Source: Minisyncoccota bacterium
Lineage (GTDB): Bacteria > Patescibacteriota > Minisyncoccia > JAHIHE01 > JAGLIN01
Length of the DNA stretch: 64,000 nt
NCBI GenBank assembly: GCA_023142995.1
Contig: JAGLIM010000006.1
Span: 32,577-96,576, forward strand
Direction: 5' to 3'
The number at the start of each line of letters is the position of its first letter. Position 1 is the first letter of the stretch. Below the pieces are notes generated by a model. The model made no database searches, had not been told where the DNA came from, and worked only from the letters and a program-made list of their open reading frames with translations. A program made the position numbers and the translations under genes. Of this stretch, positions 47,274 to 55,332 are shown piece by piece.

Positions 47274-48653
47274 ATGACCAGTAATTATAAAAAAAATAAA
47301 AAATTACTAAATGCCAAACAGGTTGGTTCTATATTTTTTGTTACTCCAAATCCGAATCGTGGTATTGGACTTGAAGAAGAAATAAAAGACTACCATATAA
47401 TATGTTCACAGAAGACTGATCTGGTTGATTGTTTAAAAAATGAAAAAATATCTATTTTATGTCTTGACGATGATAATATAAAAAGTTCAGGAAAATTGTT
47501 AGAGAGTAAAAAAGTTCTAGATTATATAAAAAAGCAGTCAAAACAAAAAACAGCAAATATAATTACTTTTAAACCAAGTCCAAAAATTCATAAAATTTGT
47601 AAAGATAATGGTTTTAGGTATTTAGGAAATGATTGGAGATTAAACAGAAAACTTGAAGATAAAGTTGAGTTTGTAGATATAACCAATAGATTAAAGATCC
47701 CAAATGCAAAAAGCAGGATAATCAAAATAGAGGATCAGGAAAGATTTAAGGATAAATTCAATTTTAAGAATAAAAATAAGTATGTTATCCAACTTCCAAG
47801 AGGATATTCAGGGAATTCTACTTTTTTAATTGAGAATAAAAATGATCTAGAAAAGATAGTTGAAAAATATGAAAATAGGATTGTTAAATTTTCAAAGTAC
47901 ATAGAAGGTGATGCTTATACTCTTAATGTTTGTGTTGGAAACTTTGGCATAGTTGTAAGCCAACTAATCTATCAGATCACAGGTTTGACTTTATTCAATA
48001 AGAATCAACTTGGAACTTCTGGGAATGATTACGTATATAGCGAAAGATTAAGTAGTATCGAAAAGAAAAGGATATTTAATTACACAAAAAAAATAGGTAA
48101 ATATATGGCGCAGTTAGGATATCAAGGAATTTTTGGTCTTGATCTTATAATTGATAAAAATGATGTTAATCTAATAGAGATTAATCCAAGATTTGTTGGT
48201 TCAATTCCAGCGTTTACAAAGCTTCAACTTCAAAATCAAGAAGTATCTTTTTTATTCTTACATCTATCTGAGTTTTTGGGTCTCAATGTCGATTCAGAAC
48301 TATTACTAGAAGATCTTTCTTATGAGAAATGGAACAAACAGAATATTTTTAGTTTTTCTCAATTAGTTTTAAGAAATACTAAAGATGTTCCAATAAAAAT
48401 CGTAGAACCAATGGTATCTGGTGTTTATAAATTCGATCAGGATAAGTTGATTTTGAAAAACAAAACTTATAATTTTAAGAATTTGAATGATAAAGAAGTT
48501 CTAGTTCAATGTTTAAAGAAAAATAGTATTGTAAGTCCTGATACAGAATATGCTAATATTCAATTTGGATATGGTATAATAGAACATAATCATATTAAAA
48601 AAGAATATAAAAAAATAGTTGAAACGATATTAAATAATATACAGTTAAAATAA
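47274..48653 (+). CDS. ATP-grasp carboxylate-amine ligase-like protein.
   Basis: ATP-grasp core LIEINPRFVGS plus upstream YVIQLPRGYSGNSTFLI. There is an N-terminal extension of about 150 aa. Confidence 0.65.
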   Translation: MTSNYKKNKKLLNAKQVGSIFFVTPNPNRGIGLEEEIKDYHIICSQKTDLVDCLKNEKISILCLDDDNIKSSGKLLESKKVLDYIKKQSKQKTANIITFKPSPKIHKICKDNGFRYLGNDWRLNRKLEDKVEFVDITNRLKIPNAKSRIIKIEDQERFKDKFNFKNKNKYVIQLPRGYSGNSTFLIENKNDLEKIVEKYENRIVKFSKYIEGDAYTLNVCVGNFGIVVSQLIYQITGLTLFNKNQLGTSGNDYVYSERLSSIEKKRIFNYTKKIGKYMAQLGYQGIFGLDLIIDKNDVNLIEINPRFVGSIPAFTKLQLQNQEVSFLFLHLSEFLGLNVDSELLLEDLSYEKWNKQNIFSFSQLVLRNTKDVPIKIVEPMVSGVYKFDQDKLILKNKTYNFKNLNDKEVLVQCLKKNSIVSPDTEYANIQFGYGIIEHNHIKKEYKKIVETILNNIQLK

Positions 48654-48664
48654 TCATATTTTCT

Positions 48665-49762
48665 ATGAGATTAAAAGGTGTAGATAAAACTCTTCTGATC
48701 ACAGTCATTGCTTTGTCTGTTTTTGGTTTAATAGTAATATCAAGCGCTAGTGTTGTTATGAGTTATAATAATTTTGGTTATAACCACTATTATTTATCTC
48801 ATCAATTCTTGTATGGTTTTTTGCCAGGTATTTTATTATTATTTCTTGTTCAAAAAATTGATTACAGAATATTAAAGAAATATGCTTTTTTATTTTTAAT
48901 AATAACTCTATTATTATTGGTAATAGTTTTTATTCCAGGACTTGGTTATGGTCTAAAAGGTGCAGACAGGTGGATAGTTATTGCTGGAATAAGTATTCAG
49001 CCATCAGAGTTTATAAAATTGATTTTTATATTATATCTTGCGGCATGGCTTGAAAAAAGGAAAAAAGATAAACAAAACTTTTCAAAATCGTTGATTCCTT
49101 TTGTTGTTATAATCTTAGTTATATCATTTCCTTTAATAATGCAGCCAGACATAGGAACATTAAGTATTATCATACTTACTGCTGTGATAATGTATTTTAT
49201 GTCTGGAATGAAAATTAGTCATATTTTTATTCTTGCTAGTGGCGGAATTATGGGATTATTATTGTTGATTAAAATTGCGCCATATAGAATGAATAGATTT
49301 ATGGTATTTTTACATCCAGAATTAGATCCTCAGGGAATTGGATATCAAATCAATCAAGCATTACTAGCCATTGGTTCTGGCGGGTTCTTTGGACTTGGCT
49401 TTGGCAGAAGTAGGCAAAAGTTCAATTATCTTCCAGAATCTATTGGTGATTCAATTTTTGCAATAACTGGAGAAGAGTTGGGTTTTATCGGATTATTCGT
49501 TCTTTTGACATTGTTTTTGATATTTGCTTTGAGAGGGTATAAAATAGCGAGTAAAGCGCCAGATGATTTTGGAAAATTAGTTGCAGTGGGAATTACCTCA
49601 TGGATTATTTTTCAGGCATTTATGAATATAGCTGCTATTACCTCATTGATTCCTCTGACTGGTATTCCTTTGCCTTTTATCAGCTATGGTGGATCAGCTT
49701 TGATCACATCTTTGATTGGGTGTGGAATTTTACTTAGTATCTCAAAATATAGTAGAAATTAG
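48665..49762 (+). CDS. ftsW: FtsW/RodA (SEDS) family protein.
   Basis: RWIVIAGISIQPSEFIKLIFI and 9-10 TM helices. Confidence 0.85.
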   Translation: MRLKGVDKTLLITVIALSVFGLIVISSASVVMSYNNFGYNHYYLSHQFLYGFLPGILLLFLVQKIDYRILKKYAFLFLIITLLLLVIVFIPGLGYGLKGADRWIVIAGISIQPSEFIKLIFILYLAAWLEKRKKDKQNFSKSLIPFVVIILVISFPLIMQPDIGTLSIIILTAVIMYFMSGMKISHIFILASGGIMGLLLLIKIAPYRMNRFMVFLHPELDPQGIGYQINQALLAIGSGGFFGLGFGRSRQKFNYLPESIGDSIFAITGEELGFIGLFVLLTLFLIFALRGYKIASKAPDDFGKLVAVGITSWIIFQAFMNIAAITSLIPLTGIPLPFISYGGSALITSLIGCGILLSISKYSRN

Positions 49763-49901
49763 ATATTTGGATATTAAAGTAATGATTTATTGTCCTCTTC
49801 TTTTTTCATCTTAAAAATGGTAAAATTACATTGTTATATTGCTGTATTATTTGTAGTATAGTTAACAATTTAACAATTTAACAATTTAACAATATAATTA
49901 T

Positions 49902-51014
49902 ATGAGAATATTATTCGTAGGTAGGCCTTTAAAGGGGCATTTATATCCAATAATTGCGATATATGAGGAATTTAAAAAGACAATGGATTTCTCAGATTTT
50001 GAGTCTTCTGAATTTAAATTAATAACTGCAAAAAATGATTTTGTAAAAGATGTTTTGGAGGGAATCAATATCTCGTGTAGTTTTATATTTTCTGCAAAAG
50101 AAAGAGATTCGTTTTCTCCATTAATCATATTGGATATTTTAAAATCTATCATTGGGTTTATACAGTCTATATTTCTTGTTTTCAATTATATGCCAGATGT
50201 AATATTTTCGAAAGGTAGTGTTGTATCATTGCCAGTTGTGTTAGTTAGTTGGATATTTAGAATTCCAATTGTTATTCATGAATCAGATGCTATTGCTAGT
50301 CCAATTGATAAGTTTATGTTTAGGTTTGCAAAGAAGGTAGCTGTATCATTTCCAAATAATAAAGATATTTATGTATCTAAAAAAGTGTTCTTTTCTGGGA
50401 ATCCAGTTAGAAATTTTATTATTCAAGCAGATAAAGAAAAAGCAAAACAAAGTTTTGTATTACATAATGAAAAACCAGTATTATTTATTATGGCTGGTAC
50501 TGCAGGAGCAGAAGTTATAAATAAGTTATTAATTGAGATACTTCCTGATCTGTTAAAAGATTATCAAATAATTCATCAATGTGGAATGGTAAATTATAAT
50601 TATGTAAGAGGGATTGTCCAGAAGATGAATGTACCAGAATTAAATGACTATCATTTATTTCCATATTTCAGAGAAAGAGCTGCTGATGCGTATAATGCCT
50701 GTGATCTAGTAATCAGTAGAGCTGGAGCAAACACAGTTTCTGAGATTATGACAATGGGTAAGGCTAGTGTTCTAATACCTCTTTCTATGGGAAGCAGTGA
50801 TAAACAACGAAAAAATGCTTATCACTATTCTCAATCTGGAGCAGCAATTTTAGTTAGTGAAAAGAATTTGAAACCGCATTTGTTATTAAATGTAATTAAT
50901 GATCTATTTAAGAATCATTTAAAAATTATTGAAATGGAGCGAGCTTCAAGGAAATTGTCGTATAATGATGCAGGAAAAATAATTACAGAAGCAATTAAAA
51001 AAATAGTAGATTAA
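49902..51014 (+). CDS. murG: MurG (undecaprenyl-PP-MurNAc-pentapeptide-UDPGlcNAc GlcNAc transferase).
   Basis: C-terminal ACDLVISRAGANTVSEIMTMGKASVLIPL and the N-terminal Gly-rich MRILFVGRPLKGHLYP. Confidence 0.8.
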   Translation: MRILFVGRPLKGHLYPIIAIYEEFKKTMDFSDFESSEFKLITAKNDFVKDVLEGINISCSFIFSAKERDSFSPLIILDILKSIIGFIQSIFLVFNYMPDVIFSKGSVVSLPVVLVSWIFRIPIVIHESDAIASPIDKFMFRFAKKVAVSFPNNKDIYVSKKVFFSGNPVRNFIIQADKEKAKQSFVLHNEKPVLFIMAGTAGAEVINKLLIEILPDLLKDYQIIHQCGMVNYNYVRGIVQKMNVPELNDYHLFPYFRERAADAYNACDLVISRAGANTVSEIMTMGKASVLIPLSMGSSDKQRKNAYHYSQSGAAILVSEKNLKPHLLLNVINDLFKNHLKIIEMERASRKLSYNDAGKIITEAIKKIVD

Positions 51015-51017
51015 AAA

Positions 51018-52457
51018 TTGTTGATTTTTATGAAAATTGATTTTAAAAAAATAAATAAAATATATTTTATAGGAATTGGTGGTATCGGACTTAGCGCTAT
51101 CGCCAAATTTATGAAATTAGATCAAAAGCAAGTTAGTGGTTCAGATTTGAATCATTCTTTAATCATTGATAATTTGAAAAAAGATAAAATAAAAGTTTAT
51201 ATCGGACATTCGAAAGATAACATAACTAATGATATTGAACTGGTTATTCACACAACAGCAATCTCAAAAGATAATCCAGAATTAAAAAGGGCAAAAGAGC
51301 TAAATATAAAAACTATTACATACCCAGAGTCTTTAGGGCTCATTTTTAATAATAAGTTTGGTATAGCTGTGTGTGGTACACATGGTAAGTCTTCAACATC
51401 AGCATTGGCTGGCTTTTTGTTAGACGATGCAAAATTTGATCCTTCTATTGTTGTGGGAAGTATCTTGCCGAGATATAAAAGCAATTTGCGTATTGGCAAG
51501 AGCAAATATTTTGTTGTTGAAGCGTGCGAGTATGAAAGGTCATTTCTAAATTTATATCCCAAAATCATTATTTTAAATAATATTGAACTTGATCACACAG
51601 ATTATTATAAAGACATAGAGGATATGAGAAGCGCGTTTGAGGAATTTGTGGGGCATTTGCCCAAGGACGGGATTTTGATTTGTAATGGAGATGATGAAGA
51701 AATTATAAATCTAAAATTACAAATTCTAAATAAATTCAAAATTCAAAATTCAAAATTCAAAATTCTATCCTTTGGCTTAGATAAGAATAATGACGTGCGA
51801 GGTTGTGATGTTAGATTTGAAAGTGGAATGGCTAAATTTAAGGTACTTTATAATGAGAAAGATTTGGGGGAGTTTGTTTTGAAGGTGCCTGGTCTTTTTA
51901 ATATTTATAATGCTTTAGGCGTGATTACTTTAGGACTGATATTGGAAATTCCGATTGAAACAATAAAAAAATCCTTAATGAATTATTCGGGGATTTGGCG
52001 GAGGTTTGAAATAAAAGGGAAATATAAAAATGCTTTAGTTATTTCTGATTATGCGCATCATCCAACTGCAGTAAAAGCAACAATAGAAGCGACAAGGAAG
52101 TTTTATCCAAATAAAAGGATACTTGCTGTTTTTCAGCCACATCAGCACAATCGAACGAAAAAGTTATATAAAGATTTTTTAAACAGTTTTAACGATGCGG
52201 ATATTGTGATTTTGTCTGAAATATTTGACGTGAAAGGGAGGGAAGAAAGCGATGACCAAAATGTTAGTTCATTAAATCTAGTGGACGATATAAGAAAAAA
52301 TTGGGAAATTGAGAAATTAGATATTAATTCTATTTTTTATTCTAGGAATTTAGAAGAAACGAGAAAGATGATTGATAAGTATATTGAACCTAATGATATT
52401 CTATTGATCATGGGGGCGGGGGATATTTATAAAGTAGCAGATGACTTGATTAAATAA
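51018..52457 (+). CDS. murC: MurC (UDP-MurNAc:L-Ala ligase).
   Basis: IYFIGIGGIGLSAIAKF...VSGSD and IAVCGTHGKSST. It contains an in-frame AAAATTC x4 heptamer array (KIQNSKFKI) at about 51712-51767. Confidence 0.9.
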   Translation: MLIFMKIDFKKINKIYFIGIGGIGLSAIAKFMKLDQKQVSGSDLNHSLIIDNLKKDKIKVYIGHSKDNITNDIELVIHTTAISKDNPELKRAKELNIKTITYPESLGLIFNNKFGIAVCGTHGKSSTSALAGFLLDDAKFDPSIVVGSILPRYKSNLRIGKSKYFVVEACEYERSFLNLYPKIIILNNIELDHTDYYKDIEDMRSAFEEFVGHLPKDGILICNGDDEEIINLKLQILNKFKIQNSKFKILSFGLDKNNDVRGCDVRFESGMAKFKVLYNEKDLGEFVLKVPGLFNIYNALGVITLGLILEIPIETIKKSLMNYSGIWRRFEIKGKYKNALVISDYAHHPTAVKATIEATRKFYPNKRILAVFQPHQHNRTKKLYKDFLNSFNDADIVILSEIFDVKGREESDDQNVSSLNLVDDIRKNWEIEKLDINSIFYSRNLEETRKMIDKYIEPNDILLIMGAGDIYKVADDLIK

Positions 52458-52520
52458 GAGGTTATTGATTTGTCATTATGATTTAAAATTGTTAAGTATG
52501 GTTTTGTAATGACTAAAAAA

Positions 52521-52558
52521 TTTATCAAAAAAAGTGTGGTCGATTTGATAAATTTTTT
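52521..52558 (+). terminator. Rho-independent terminator.
   Basis: TTTATCAAA-aaaagtgtggtcga-TTTGATAAA followed by TTTTTT. Confidence 0.55.
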
Positions 52559-52609
52559 AGGTTTTTAATATTTTTATTTAATTTTTAAATTATTTTTGCG
52601 TATATTTTT

Positions 52610-53806
52610 TTGATGTTAAAATCAAAATTATTTAAAAGCGTAAAAATTAAAAAGGAGGACAAGATGCATAAACAACAAATCAAAAAAATTGCGGGATTAT
52701 TTTCAATAATTTTTGCATGTTCGGTGTTTAGTTTTAGTGTTACTCAAATAGTTAGCGCTTCCGAACAGATAGAGAAAATTAATGTTTCTTATGATAATGA
52801 GTTAAATTCTAGAACCCCAGATATAGTAAAAGACGCTTCTGTGTATATTAGCATTGGCAGAAGAATAACTTATGGAGATGAGTCAATGCGCTATATCGGA
52901 AAACTTGATGTTTCGTCATTAAACAGTACGGAAATGGAGACAGCTGTTTTGACTATGGACAGAGTAAGCACAAGTTGGGACGGCAACGGAGATTATTCAC
53001 TTTATAAAGTTAATGAAAGTTGGGATTCATCAACCGTTACTTGGAATAATCAACCAGCAATAAATATAGTTGAAATTACTAGGGGAGTAGTCGGTAGTTA
53101 TGGAATTATGGAATTTAATATTTCTAATTTAGCGAAAGAATGGGCTAATGACCCAGAATCTAACAATGGTTTTTTAATAATGAAAAGCGAGGAGTCAAGT
53201 ATTCCTAGTAATGAATATGGGTTATTTGCTTCTTCTAATTATCCTGAAGCAGGATGTGAAACAATACCATATTTATCAATTACTTATATAAATGAAGATC
53301 CAGCTATTGCTATAATCTCTCCAAATGGTGGAGAAGTATGGGAAAACGGAAAAACTTATACGATAACGTGGGAGCAAGAAAATGTTGATAAGCTCACGAT
53401 TTTTTTACAGCGTGGTTCTACTGGTTATCCTGTGGTGTATAATCATCTTGTTGATATTAACGCTGAATTTGGAAGTTATGATTATACTGTTCCTGAGAAT
53501 GTTCCCGAAGCTGAAAATTACAAAATTTGGATAATTGCCTATAAGACAGGATTCGGACAAGCGCAAGATTACAGTGATAATTATTTTAACATTAGAGAAG
53601 AAACTCTTTTTCCCGAAATTAATGGAGATTTAGATCATGACGGTGATGTTGATTATGACGATTTTATGGTTTTTTATGGCGCGTGGGGTTCGTGTGAAGG
53701 GGATCCAAGATTTAATCCAGAAGCTGATTTTTATCAAGACGGATATATAAATTTTATTGATTATCAGTATTTTATTGTTTATTATAGAGAATTCAATGGA
53801 CTCTAA
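52610..53806 (+). CDS. Secreted protein with a DNRLRE-like domain and a C-terminal dockerin-like Ca-binding repeat.
   Basis: Signal peptide or TM. TSWDGNGDYSLYKVNESWDSSTVTWNNQP. DLDHDGDVDYDDFMVFYGAWG. Confidence 0.55.
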   Translation: MMLKSKLFKSVKIKKEDKMHKQQIKKIAGLFSIIFACSVFSFSVTQIVSASEQIEKINVSYDNELNSRTPDIVKDASVYISIGRRITYGDESMRYIGKLDVSSLNSTEMETAVLTMDRVSTSWDGNGDYSLYKVNESWDSSTVTWNNQPAINIVEITRGVVGSYGIMEFNISNLAKEWANDPESNNGFLIMKSEESSIPSNEYGLFASSNYPEAGCETIPYLSITYINEDPAIAIISPNGGEVWENGKTYTITWEQENVDKLTIFLQRGSTGYPVVYNHLVDINAEFGSYDYTVPENVPEAENYKIWIIAYKTGFGQAQDYSDNYFNIREETLFPEINGDLDHDGDVDYDDFMVFYGAWGSCEGDPRFNPEADFYQDGYINFIDYQYFIVYYREFNGL

Positions 53807-54073
53807 AACACTAACAACGATTATTCAATAAAAGCGGTGGAATAAAAAAAGATGATGTATGAAGATCATACATCGTTTGTTGGTTAACTTATTTTTCTAT
53901 GTTAAAGCTTTTTTTAATCATTTCCTGATAAATATATATCAAGGGCTGATAAATTCTTCTCGTCTCCTCTATATTCATCTAAAAGCTTTTGGATTATATC
54001 TGGTTTTTCGGTTTCGTCCATCTTGTTTATCTCCTAATTTTAGAATACTATGTTTATAATATAAGTCAATAAT

Positions 54074-55129
54074 ATGCCAATCAAAATTCAGGAAAATATT
54101 TCACTTTCAAAATACACTTCATTTAAGATCGGTGGTCCAGCGAGGTATTTTTGTGTGGTAAAAGATATTGATGAAATAAAAGAAGCATTAGAATTTACGG
54201 GGAAGAAAAAATTGAAAGTTTTTGTTTTAGGAGGCGGTAGTAATTTATTAATAGCAGATAAAGGGTTCGATGGACTAGTGATACGAATTCAAAATTCAAA
54301 ATTCAAAATTCAAAATTCTAATATTATTTGCGGAAGTGGACTATCTTTAGCTAAATTAGTATTTGAATTAGCAGAAGCTGACCTAACGGATATTGAATGG
54401 GCAGCGGGTATTCCAGGAACTGTTGGTGGGGCGATTGCGAATAATGCGGGGGCTTTTGGAAAATGTATGGAGGATGTTGTAAAAGAAGTTGAAGTTTTAG
54501 AGATTAATCGCTGGCTCCATAGTCCCGATAGGGCTGTGGAGCCTATTGCACAAAAAGGTTCCACATCAACACATCTCTTACCCTCTTCCTCCCAAGGCGG
54601 ACAAGCAAGAGGGGAATTATCACAATGGAACCAGCGTATGTTTACTAACAAACAATGCCAATTTTCTTATCGCAATAGCATTTTCAAAAAAGAAAAAAAG
54701 TATATTATCTTGGACGCTGTTTTGAAATTAGAAAAAGGGGATCAAGAAAAAAACAAAAAAACAATTGCAGAAATTCTAGAATCAAGAAGAGAAAAACAGC
54801 CGTTAGAGCATCCCAGTGCGGGGAGCGTGTTTAAAAATCCAGTTGTTGATGGTGCTCATTTAGAAAAATTAAAAAAAGAATTTCCAGAGTTAAATGAAAT
54901 CGTTAAAAATAATACTATTTCTGCTGGTTGGATGATCGAACAAATTGAAGGATTAAAGGGGAAAAAGATCGGTGGCGCAATGGTTTCAGAAAAGCATTGT
55001 AATTTTATTGTTAATGTAGAAAATGCTAAAGCAGAAGATGTGATCATACTTATCAGTCTGATCAAACAAAAAATCAGAAGCCATTTCGGGATTCAATTAA
55101 AAGAAGAAATTGAATATATTGGATTTTAG
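54074..55129 (+). CDS. murB: MurB (UDP-N-acetylenolpyruvoylglucosamine reductase). It carries two in-frame repeat insertions.
   Basis: KYTSFKIGGPARYF, VLGGGSNLL, GIPGTVGGAIANNAG and SAGSVFKNP. There is a heptamer array at 54285-54318 and a palindromic element at 54511-54634. Confidence 0.85.
   Translation: MPIKIQENISLSKYTSFKIGGPARYFCVVKDIDEIKEALEFTGKKKLKVFVLGGGSNLLIADKGFDGLVIRIQNSKFKIQNSNIICGSGLSLAKLVFELAEADLTDIEWAAGIPGTVGGAIANNAGAFGKCMEDVVKEVEVLEINRWLHSPDRAVEPIAQKGSTSTHLLPSSSQGGQARGELSQWNQRMFTNKQCQFSYRNSIFKKEKKYIILDAVLKLEKGDQEKNKKTIAEILESRREKQPLEHPSAGSVFKNPVVDGAHLEKLKKEFPELNEIVKNNTISAGWMIEQIEGLKGKKIGGAMVSEKHCNFIVNVENAKAEDVIILISLIKQKIRSHFGIQLKEEIEYIGF
54511..54634 (+). repeat. Palindromic repeat element inserted in-frame in murB, with terminal inverted repeats CTGGCTCCAT / ATGGAACCAG.
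   Basis: It encodes WLHSPDRAVEPIAQKGSTSTHLLPSSSQGGQARGELSQWNQR. It contains the GCTCCATAGTCCCGATAGGGCTGTGGAGC hairpin and a reversed GTCCGCCTTGGGAG core. Confidence 0.65.
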
Positions 55130-55332
55130 ATCATTTTAACATATAAACATATTAACATTTAAACAAGAACTTCTGTTTAGTTTTTTGAAATATGATAATT
55201 AAATTATGTTTAAATGTTAATCGGGTGTTCTATCTAGTATTTTTAGAAACACCTTCTTTTTTTATCTTAAAAATGGTAAGATAAAATTAATAACACACCC
55301 CAACCCCTCTCAAGAGGGGAATAATTTATTTT

